Positions 23,901-34,294 of a stretch of 64,000 nucleotides of DNA are shown piece by piece. The notes under the pieces were generated by a model. The model did no database searches. It saw only the letters and a list, made by a program, of their open reading frames with translations, and was not told the DNA's origin. This DNA comes from Balanoglossus misakiensis (Eukaryota; Animalia; Hemichordata). The position numbers were made by a program, and so were the translations under genes. The stretch covers positions 5,386,699-5,450,698 of the forward strand of contig CM082581.2 in assembly GCA_040954595.2 (NCBI GenBank), read 5' to 3'. The number at the start of each line of letters is the position of its first letter. Position 1 is the first letter of the stretch.

Positions 23901-26834
23901 TCGAAATTCCATTTATAGAGAGAATATGCGTTAATGGAATAGGAACCCCGGTCATGATTCTGCCTGTACCCTAAAGGTGCCATACAGCCTGAATTAGAAT
24001 TGAATGACCGTGTTGCAATTCGAATAGTTAACGCAGAGACATTTCGTAACATGCAGTGTTTCCGACACGCAACAAAGGGGCCGTCTGCGGCAATCTGATC
24101 ATAGCTGGGCTGCATTCACATCCGGAAAGCGAATGAATATGTATAATTGAATTCACACCAGACACGCACAATAAGAATGATAATTGAACGCCGGCGATAT
24201 GCAAATAGCACGGCGAGGAATGTCCCAATGCATCTGGTCTGTATCCAATGAATTCCTCGGACAATCGGCTATTAGGATTCAAATGGCACAACCACTGCGC
24301 AATAATTGTCACCTGTGTGACACACACACATGACGTATTTAGGGTCTGTAACCTCCAATGGTGAACTCTCATTTACAAAATCTTTATTTTACGCGACGTA
24401 GAATTCCCCTTAGATTCGAACATTGATAATAAATCATACAAAACAGACTCTTTCAGAAATTGTATTTTTCTGATAATTATCGAAGTCCTACCCTCGCCAA
24501 AGTATACATTTTATTAAACCTAAGATTTAGGGAAGCTTGATCGTGTACAGTACACAATCATTATTTATACCGTGGTCACGTGACAAGCATTTTCAAGTTC
24601 TTTCGAAAAAAATCAATGTTTATACCATTTTTCATTTCTGGTTGAACTTAATTTTTCATGCATTGATTTGAAACTTCGTGCGAATGACACATGAACACGC
24701 TTACACCGCAGCGTGAATTCCTATACCGTTTCCGATAATATGGCTTATAAATATGTTGGCATGGGTCTTGGAGGAGTTTCTGAGATTTGAGGTTACATCA
24801 CCCGAGTGCACAATAGCTTTACAGAAAATCGGATGAGGGGGGAGGGAGAAAAAAGTGAAGGACACGCTTGAGTCTAATCAGTATCAACATTGGCAGTTTA
24901 ATTCATCAAATACTTTCACGCATTTAACATCTTTACAGCGATTCATCATATTACAGAACTCTATTGTGTGTACGTCAGGTTGGGAACAATAGTCGACCTT
25001 CGGTTCTGCGAAGAGTCTGGCAGGCAAAATCGTTCCGTTGTACGCGTTGACAAAGATTTCAATCTGATTTCAATAGTTCTGCTTCGGATTAACAGTACAT
25101 ACATCAATTAAGAAGTCGAAGTTGTTTTGCGCTTTTTTATAAACCGTCTGCAAAATCAGATCTTTCTTTGTTTCAAGTCCGTTATCTATACCGCCACTGT
25201 AACCCAAACCACGATGGCTATTGTTAGAACTATCGCAAGCACTCCGTCATGCGTATATAGTTGAAGTATGCCCACGAATTTCACGATCAATAACGATAGG
25301 GTTTTTACGAAACTCGAGATATTAATGTCAGATATGGCCGATTGAATATCGTGGCGAAAATAGTTGACATTTGAAGGAGCAAGATGAAGGAGAAACCGCC
25401 ACACATCAAGTTGGCAATAATGAATTCTTCTCTGTGCTCACAAACACCTTGATCGACTAAATATTTTTATGTGATATTTTACGTCTAATGATACCCATGG
25501 GAGTGTCTGAGAAAAGACCCAGAGCACCCGCCTTATCTGTGATCACATATGAAGATCGATCAAACTACATTATGCCCGTTTTATATTTAAACAAAACTGC
25601 AGGGAGGCTTATGCGAGGATTTTAGTTCCAAACCTCAACCTCGATGCTTTGAATGGCCACGACTGCATAACACGGACAGTAGAACATATATCAGAGTTAA
25701 GTTAGCCATAGACAGAAAAAGAAGAAGGAATATCCATATGGTTTATCTTCATCTTAAATATATATATTAAATATATATTAATTGTGCATTTGTAACCCGG
25801 ACAAGCTTAGAACTACCGTGCAAGCATTTCCGAAAAAAAACCGCCATATTCTACAAAACCCACGTTCTCGTTAAATGTGCAATACAAATTCTTTCACGGC
25901 ATGCACGTTAACGACATTTCTCCAACGGAATAAATAAACTGCATGTGGTTTCCTTGATATTGTTTGACAGGGGAATAAAGATGCATGCTAGCAGGAGGAG
26001 CGTTAATTATGATAAATCTGCGTTGAGAACATTACTGAAAGACTTTTAAGGCTGCCAAATGTAGGCTATTTACAGGGAAACCCAATTCTGTTTGTTTTAA
26101 TGTTTCCCCATGTCTGTTTTACCCGCCGCATCCAACGTTGATCGGCGAGATATTGGATCCTGCCTTCCCCACCAACAGTATATCAAATTGAGCGACCTGT
26201 TCATCATCTATTAAGCTCTCTTCAACAAAACACACCAACCATCCGTCCATCGTGATCCATGATAACCGCTGCGACATTTCAACAGGAAACATATGTTTTT
26301 TTCCTAAATGTAGTACGCCCACTTTCACCGACACCGAATTAGATGTCCAACCACACGATTTTGGAAAGACAACATGCGGCACTTTAATGCGCCAAATAAA
26401 AACTCGATAACGTTGTGAGATTTGCTGACTTCGCGATCACATTTCACAAAACCGCGACATTTTCAGTGTCAATATATTACTCAACATAAAATTCCTCCAG
26501 TTGACGTGTTAAAGTGTGGCATCCCTAAGATGACGTGATAACGCAGTTCATCGTGGGATATGGGTTTTTAAATTCTTTGTCGGTGTGTAACATATCGACC
26601 TTATGGTTCGAGGTCGGCGCTCGTTAAATTAGAGTTTTAACGTTACAAAATAATTTCGGAATATACAGTACTATTTCGAATGATGTTAAAATATATTTGA
26701 AGAGTTAAAAGCCTGTAAAATACTGATATTCAACACAGCAGGACCACATCGGATGTCGAGATGCGGGTTCAACTTCTGCAAGGAAGGAAAAGGAACTGGA
26801 ACCAAGTCAAGCTGTTCAGTGTTTCAATTGCCAT

Positions 26835-26886
26835 CCCCTGTAGTCTTAAAGGGACAAAGCCCCCTACAGTCTTAAAGGGACGAGGG
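26835..26886. repeat. 26-bp tandem duplication
   Basis: cccctgtagtcttaaagggacaaagc followed by cccctacagtcttaaagggacgaggg. Confidence 0.8.
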
Positions 26887-27611
26887 CCTTACTTAGGGAT
26901 AAATGGCTATCCATATCCTATGGCATTAGTTCAAAGCAAACATCATGGGATATTAGAGTCACGTGTTCTGTCTTTTACCTTCGGCATCTACAGACGGCTT
27001 ATTCCCGCCGACCACCGAACCCCTTGAGTACATCATGGTAAAACCAAAACCAGTTATTCATAAAACTCAAGCGGCAGTCAAAGCAATGGTTATTTACATT
27101 CACCTGGTAATTTAACATTTCCATTTTATCCTTTCCTAACGCAGTTCCGTCACCACTCTGACACTACTCGGCAAAAATGTCAATGAAGCAAAGTTGCAGC
27201 TTTTACCGCGGAGACGATGATGTAGTGAAAAGCTACATTGAATATGTTTCAGTATACTGTGGATATAATTCCCAAAGGAAAAACGCCACGACTGTTTTCC
27301 TTCCAAGCCTGGGAGATTAATCTGTTGATAAATGTTTAATGCAAAATCAATTTATCAGAAACGTTTGGACTTCTTAATTTTTAATATGCTTTTATGGGTA
27401 TGTTATTTAACGCTTAAGTGATTGGTAAGACGCTTTGTACGGAGCTGGCGATGACGGGTGATTGGTAGGAAAATAACATAACCCGTGGCGTATACACACA
27501 AGTACCCACTTAACCATTCCCCTGTCTATGGTAAACAAGTGAACAGTATGATATCTGCCATATTGCGGCTCATCGCAATTCAGCTTGTCTTGATGGTAAC
27601 CGTATTTATTG

Positions 27612-27694
27612 TAAGAGGGAGGGGAGAAAGAGAGGAGGAAGTGGAGAGAGGGAGGAGAGAGAGGAGAAGAGATGATATGAATGAGAAGAAAGAG
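27612..27694. repeat. Purine-rich (GA) low-complexity tract
   Basis: aagaggga ggggagaaag agaggaggaa gtggagagag ggaggagaga gaggagaaga... Confidence 0.75.
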
Positions 27695-28620
27695 ATTCAC
27701 CAACGGTTTTGGTGAACCAGTTCACGTTCTCTCAAACCACAACGCAACTCAGAAAGTCAACTCTCGTACTGAATCAATACTCACACCCTTGCCAATCGAT
27801 TACAGAGTCATTGTGGCACGGCCGTATTGCTGATAAAACAAAGCTTTTAAGGACTGTATAGTCATCTCGAATATTTACTTAAAGCAGCGCGTTTTCTCAT
27901 CGGCTGAATTCAGCATGAGGTTCAAATGATGTATCAAGAAACTGCTCGGCTCAGTAAGGAATTAAGGCAGGGTAAAATTTAGTCTCTAATAAATGCACAC
28001 AAGGGTGTTTACTTTAACACAGTGCCTTATACTCATTTTAACAGAACAAGCACGAATTTTCCACTTCCTATAGTAATGCCCACTCAAAGCAGACTTCGTT
28101 ATACACATAAAGCCCCATGAGCTGCCACTTTCAAGACACCTGTTAACGATAAAACACTTCGTAATCTTCTCACTATCCTCAGCCGTCGGGTCACACCATT
28201 TTGAATTTGTGGAGATTGTAATATGAATTATGCGGTTATGCAATCTCAACTACTGTGTAAATGTTATTCATCGTAATGTTAATTATTAATATCTCGTCTG
28301 AAATGAAAACATCGACACATCTTAATCTTTCAATTATTTTAATGTAATATCCGGTCATTTGTGAACACGACACATTATTTAATTGATCATTTATTTTCAT
28401 GATAGTGGAGCGATTTGTACGTCATTTTCACCAAGTAAGAGTCATCGGCCACGAATCGTCGAATCAGAATAAATATTTCCGTTACCCATTCGCAGGGGTT
28501 ATAATTTGTTGAGCTCGAAAATGCTCCCGGCCGCAATGATGATAATACATTCATTTTCCCCTCAGATCAGCATGTAGTACTGAAACAAATCCCTTTTAAC
28601 AGAAGTAATTGTACATGTAT

Positions 28621-28694
28621 ATTCATTCATTCATTCATTCATTCATTCATTCATTCATTCATTCATTCATTCATTCATTCATTCATTCATTCAT
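28621..28694. repeat. (ATTC)n microsatellite, about 18 units
   Basis: Perfect attc repeats read directly from the sequence. Confidence 0.98.
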
Positions 28695-31119
28695 AAAATT
28701 TGGAACGGAATGTGACCATCTATCTTCATAAGACCAACACGAAGGATCTTTCGCGCCATTTTCACGAATTGTGGCAAACTATAGGCCCGCGAATTCATCT
28801 TGTCATATTCAGAGACACTCGAGTTTGAGGCAATTCGTTTCATGCCCGTTCTCAGTAACAAGTATGTATATGTAAGACAAATTATATTACTATATAATGC
28901 AAGTAAATCCATTCTACGCAGTATTGTATTGATATATCACCCCTCTCCACCATCGGAGTTGATATTTCAAACAAGTTTCAAGAGAAATCACTTGCGATGT
29001 CAACTAATCGCTCTCAGGCTGGACGTATGTTCGTTGGCATACAGAACAGATGGGACGGACAGTTGAAGTCACCCCTGATTTGTGCTACTGTAAGACACTC
29101 AGCTACTTGGATTCAATCGACCATATTGCTCATTCAAAATATTGTTTTGTTGACGACAGAAAGCATTACAGCCATGTCGTGATTCTCCCCGACACTTCTG
29201 CACAACGCTTAGCTGCACAATGGCAGAGTACAATGCAAGTGCTTTTGACAGGTGAATGGGGGCGACACGAATCTCCATGCTGCGTGCTGAGAGATAACGG
29301 CGCACTCCAAATACAATGCCTTGTTCCGAACATCAGACAAAGAACCTACATTTAAAACAGATGTTTTCTGCAAGAATAGAACATACGCTTCAAATCCATG
29401 ATCCGTTAATTCGATCCGACCTAATTTAGTCTCGTGACATTTTCGTAGCATTACGTTTTTTACACTATAAGTTAACTGTGTCTAGTGCTGGTGTTTCGTT
29501 CAACCATTCAAGCGCACAGTTCGGTTCCTGTTTGTATTGAAAGCGTACTTTACGGACCGCGGAACAATTCTCTGGCTCGCCGTTCCCGCCACTCAGAATA
29601 ATTCATGCAAAATAGGCAGTTTCATGCATAGCCGTGGTTCTTGCCGAAAAATCGTGGTTCTTACGTTATACAGCCTACAAAGTCAAAATTTTTCAAGGTT
29701 CTAGCTTACAAAGTCTTCATTTTAGTCGATGCGATGATAACTTCTCATTAAAAATTAACAATTACCGCTCTATAGCTCTCTCATATCATCAAGGTTCTTA
29801 GATATGAAAGCGCCCATGTTGAATACCAGACATCTCCCGTCATCAGCTGACTGATAAACTTCCCTAGAAAGCGAAGAAATTCATCCTTTTCAGAAGCCCC
29901 TCCTCGTGATGATTAATAATTAGAAGTTGTGACGTCATTTCATTTTACGTTTTGTGTCGTGACCTCCGCCACCTTTCGTTTCAGATAACGACGAGCACTG
30001 CGTACTTCCTTCATCTGCAGACGATCATGCATTTCAATTAAGCGACACGAAAACTGCTTTATTCAAATCAGACCTTCCGCAAGCGTGGTTAGTGTGGACT
30101 ACTTTAAAAATTGCCTTGTTTGAAAACTAGGATAATTTTCAGCGATGGTTTAAGTTTGCTGGGAGGAAATTTTCTTCTCGGTCAACGAAACTCACATTAT
30201 CGTTTAAACACAGAGCACGGATAAAACGCACAACATCGATCAAACATAGGATTTTGTTCAGAGATATAATAACCCTAGAAACTGAAGCCTCGCGATACTT
30301 TATCATAGATCATTTGTTGGCTGGGCTGATAGTCACGTATCCTACTAAAAGCAAATTCTTGTTTTCTTACACATGAAAATAAAACATCCAAATTCAATGG
30401 ATAATATGAATTCTATGATGCACATTTGACCTTCCCAAGCACCTATGATAATTTATAAATAACGTATTCACATATCCGCTAGTGCTGATAATTATTCATA
30501 TGTGAATTATCAATACATTTCGGTAATTATCAACACAAATAACATTACCTAAAATTGGAAATATTGTGTCTATCTTTGAAGTCATATGCCCATTGAGATT
30601 GTGCTAATAAATAACGATAGTTTATATAGTGTCTAAAATCCACGGAGACAGCGATCAGAGATGCTATAAAATGTACTTCAAAGTGCAATAAAAAAACAAA
30701 AGGGCAATGCAAAAATTACAGCACGATTCCGTAAGGTTTCACTTTCGGATATGTTCGTATGAACGCTGTTGTACAAAACTAAGTCTGAAAGCCTGAACAA
30801 ACATGGGACTTCCTCTTGGATTTTCCTTTCGAGCAATTGCTATGAATTAAATTAAAACGCTAAAAGCTTGGTCGTAAAATCAAAGTGTTTTAAGTAAAAA
30901 CTGTAGTAAGTGGATGTGGCATTGCAAGATGCCGCCTTTTATAGCATTTTATGGTGTGAAAGTGGATTCTACATAAATTCACAAACTTCCACAACTCGTG
31001 GTGCTTTTGCATTCGTGGTATATAGTTTGTGGTATAAAATTATTGGGGTACTTTGACGTGAATTGCAAGCGAATGTTCGTACAAAGTGTTTGCTACAGTG
31101 AGGTTTCACTGCATGTTTG

Positions 31120-31167
31120 TACATACATACATACATACATACATACATACATACATACATACATACA
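31120..31167. repeat. (TACA)n microsatellite, about 12 units
   Basis: Perfect taca repeats read directly from the sequence. Confidence 0.97.
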
Positions 31168-31899
31168 CAAATACATGCTGATAAAATAATTGACACAAGG
31201 AGCATTCATGTGAAGCTTGGTGTATTGTGTACAAAAAGTAACAAGCATTTGAACTCAATGTCCACAGGCTAGCAAGATCAAGTGACACTATACCCCCAAA
31301 TTATCATCTTTACATACAAAATTATTACACCGCAGAGTCTACTAAATCCAGAATTCAAATGCACTGGAGTAAGGGTACTCATTGAAGGTTTTCAGAAATT
31401 GTGTACATTCAAACGTCAAATGACGTAGTCTTCAAAGAGAAAAAATACAGTATACAAAACAACATCTGATGACAAAATACATCCATCTATTATTTACTTA
31501 TTGAAAATGAGCAAGAAGAAAAACAAAATACAACACTTTTTATATTCATTCATATATTCACAATGATAGTATGCTTCTGTCGCCAAGATTAGTTGGCTGA
31601 ATATCTTAATATAATGCTTCATGCAGTGTTGGAATTATGGATCACAGCAATGCCTGAAAATTAGGAGCACTGCTTCAAATGGTGAGAGTTCGATTGGAGC
31701 TTGTTTTTCAAATCTCATCCATGGTAAAACATGCTTTGCAATTATGTGGCTAGTTGGTGGTACAAAGTTTGAACTTACAATCGGGCATCGATAAAGTGTT
31801 CAAGAATACCTATCAGTAAGCTTATATAGATAGACCAATTGATATTGGAAATCAAGTCATGATATTAATGCAAAAAGTGGCAGCTCTAGAGGCTTTGAG

Positions 31900-31927
31900 G
31901 GAGAAACATTTACCACATTTTGCATTC
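31900..31927 (-). pseudogene. Decayed 13th zinc-finger remnant downstream of the stop codon
   Basis: After TIEKT-TAA (TAA sits where the linker Tyr codon is expected) the - strand reads gaatgcaaaatgtggtaaatgtttctcc, i.e. E-C-K-(2-nt deletion)-C-G-K-C-F-S. Confidence 0.75.
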
Positions 31928-32977
31928 TTATGTCTTTTCAATGGTGTGGATTCTTTCGTGTCTTTTGACATTTGACCAACAGGAGAAACATTTCCCACAT
32001 GTTGCGCATTCATAAGGCTTTTCGTGGGTATGGATTCGTTCGTGCATTTTCAAATTTGAATTCCGCGTGAAACATTTCCCACATACTTTGCATTCGTAAG
32101 GTCTTTCTTTGGTGTGAACTCGTAGATGAATTTTCAAATTTGGACCCCACGCGAAACATTTCCCACAAATTTCGCATTCATAGGGCGTTTCGTGGGTATG
32201 GACTCGCTGATGACGTTTCAAGTGTGTACTACTGGAGACACATTTACCACATATTTTGCATTCATGTGGCTGCTTGTTGGCGTGGCTTTGCTGATGCCTT
32301 TTCAAATGTGAAGACGCAGTGAAACATTCACCACATGTTTTACATTCAAGAGGCAATTTATTGGTGTGGGTTTTTTGATGCCTTTTCAGATGTGAAGGCG
32401 TAGTGAAACATTTCCCGCATATTTCGCACTCATATCGCCTTCCGCTGATATGCATTTTTTGATGACTCCTGAAACTTGAAGCCAAAGCATAACGTTTACC
32501 GCATATTTCGCATTCATATTGTTTTTCGTTGGTGTAGTGGAGTTGTTGATGATCTTTCAAACTCGAATTCCGTGCGTAACATCTACCACATATATTGCAT
32601 TCATAGGGCTTTTCCTTGGTATGAACTCGTAGATGAATTTTCAAATGAGAACCCCGGGAAAAACGTTTCCCACATGTTTCACATTCATATGGTCTTTCAT
32701 TTGTGTGAATTCGTTGATGAACTTTCACATCCGTATTCTGGGTGAAACATTTCCCACATATTTTGCATTCATACGGTCTTTCGTTGGTGTGAATTAGTTG
32801 ATGTCTTTTCGCGTGTGAAGGCCAGGCGAAACATTTCCCACATATTTTGCATTCATATGGTTTTTCATTGGTATGAATTCGTTGATGAGCTCTTAAATTA
32901 TAATCCCGGGGGAAACATTTACCGCATATTTTGCATTCATGCATGTATGGGTCGTATCGTTGCTTCACACGCGGCAT
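31928..32977 (-). CDS. Tandem C2H2 (Kruppel-type) zinc-finger protein, 12 fingers; main coding exon
   Basis: 349-aa ORF with 12 copies of C-x2-C-x12-H-x3-H joined by TNEKPYE/TKERPYE-type linkers. A probable splice acceptor (ttttcag|) places the exon start at 33093. Confidence 0.93.
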   Translation of the reverse strand: MPRVKQRYDPYMHECKICGKCFPRDYNLRAHQRIHTNEKPYECKICGKCFAWPSHAKRHQLIHTNERPYECKICGKCFTQNTDVKVHQRIHTNERPYECETCGKRFSRGSHLKIHLRVHTKEKPYECNICGRCYARNSSLKDHQQLHYTNEKQYECEICGKRYALASSFRSHQKMHISGRRYECEICGKCFTTPSHLKRHQKTHTNKLPLECKTCGECFTASSHLKRHQQSHANKQPHECKICGKCVSSSTHLKRHQRVHTHETPYECEICGKCFAWGPNLKIHLRVHTKERPYECKVCGKCFTRNSNLKMHERIHTHEKPYECATCGKCFSCWSNVKRHERIHTIEKT

Positions 32978-33360
32978 TTTCCTTTGTGGAAATGATTGAA
33001 CTCTGAAATCACTTCTTCTCGTCGATGATGACTTACTGACAACACTGTGTAGTGGTTGTTCCTTGATTTTGCTTCAGTAATTGTTTTGATGATCTGAAAA
33101 GTGAAATTAAATGGGAATGGTAATTACAGATGTCCATAAAAAGTCACTATGTGCGGTTTCATGTTGCGCTGTTTGGGTGTTTTATATGACCTTACATCCA
33201 CATGTTGATATGAAGTCAAACTCCACAAAAACAATTTAATTGATTTTTTTAGATTCGAAACATGACTTTAAAATATGTACACCAAAGATGAATGTGTATG
33301 TTTGTAGGGAAAAAACAGACAATCTTTTGCTGGTATAGCCCATACACCAGAATGCAAATT

Positions 33361-33424
33361 TTTGGCATTTACTTTAAAACTTGAAGCGATTTGGCGTTTA
33401 CATGTACTTTAAAACTTCAAGCAA
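33361..33424. repeat. 29-bp tandem duplication whose second copy carries an extra CATGTA
   Basis: tttggcattTActttaaaacttgaagcga versus tttggcgttTACATGTActttaaaacttcaagcaa. Confidence 0.85.
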
Positions 33425-33502
33425 TGTTTCACTGAAAACTTAGGGATACAACTATGACATGTATTTTTTATATTTCATTTGCATTCCTGTTATGGGATAT
33501 AC

Positions 33503-33706
33503 CTTCAGGTGACTGCCTGTTTCCGTCAATGTAGAAAATCTGTCACTTTTATCAAGTGATGGCCCACCTTTGTCAAGTTGGTTTTCATTAATGTCAATCT
33601 CTCCCTGTGCCGTTGCAACCAATGCCTCTCCAAATACTAGTACCAAATGTTCCATGGATACTACGAGAATTTGGGTTTCAACATCTGAACTTGCCAATCT
33701 GTATTC
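33503..33706 (-). CDS. Candidate upstream exon of the zinc-finger gene (204 nt, phase 0/0)
   Basis: On the - strand: attacag|GAATACAGA...CACCTGAAG|gtatat. Open for 68 codons (EYRLASSDVETQILVVSMEHLV...TGSHLK). No recognisable domain. Confidence 0.5.
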
Positions 33707-34005
33707 CTGTAATATGTTATATTGTTAATGTTACATGTGATAATTGTGATATTTTTGTCATTAACAGATCTCCCTCCATGTAAAAGCTTTAAATGCAAAC
33801 ATAATAATGATTTTTAATACAAAAATTGCATACTGCCCTAACCTAAACCAGTGTTTAAAGTTTTCATTTTCCTTAAAGTGGAACGTTGTGATCCGTTTTT
33901 GAGCCAATTCTGCGAAATGCGATTAAAAAGTACTATGAAAAACGTTGGTTTCATTCACTTTCACTTACGCATAACAGAGCTACAGCCAGCCAAAAACTGC
34001 GCGAA

Positions 34006-34113
34006 CCCGGAAGTGAGTGACGTCAGCAACTGTTGTCCGCTGCCGACGCGTTGGAGCGAGCTTATGCTTATACACGCCTGCACTCACGCGACCGACGACG
34101 TTAGCATGGCAAC
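34006..34113. promoter_or_regulatory. CpG-rich cluster of ETS, CRE and X-box-like motifs; putative zinc-finger gene promoter
   Basis: ccggaagtg (ETS) is followed by tgacgtca (CRE) at about 34007-34025, and gttagcatggcaac lies at 34100-34113. A - strand donor (|gtaagtg) sits at 33968. The motifs could instead belong to a transposon remnant. Confidence 0.35.
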
Positions 34114-34260
34114 ATATTCTCGGGTAGTAGGCTACAATTTTGAACCAGAGATTCCCTTCTACGACCAAGCGACTGAATTTTACAGAGGACAAAAGTTCAT
34201 GCAGTTCTGATCTCCGATGTGTCCCGTTTGTCAAGGCTTACACTTGGTGTGGTTTCATCA

Positions 34261-34294
34261 GTGAAACCATAGACCCTAGAGTCTATGGTGAAAC
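34261..34294. mobile_element. 20-bp palindromic insert flanked by a 7-bp direct repeat (minimal DNA-transposon remnant)
   Basis: gtgaaac-CATAGACCCTAGAGTCTATG-gtgaaac; the insert is one mismatch from a perfect palindrome. Confidence 0.6.

Noticed and set aside
27485-27715. ORF with a hydrophobic segment followed by a Glu/Arg-rich tail
   Set aside because: The charged tail comes from the GA-rich low-complexity tract.
30969-31288. ORFs containing MYVC/YIHT repeats
   Set aside because: They are translations of the (TACA)n microsatellite.
31928-32977. Regular 84-bp periodicity resembling a repeat-spacer (CRISPR-like) array
   Set aside because: It is fully explained by C2H2 finger coding; the context is eukaryotic and there are no cas genes.
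32126-33006. + strand ORFs over the zinc-finger array
   Set aside because: They are antisense shadows of the 84-nt finger repeat.
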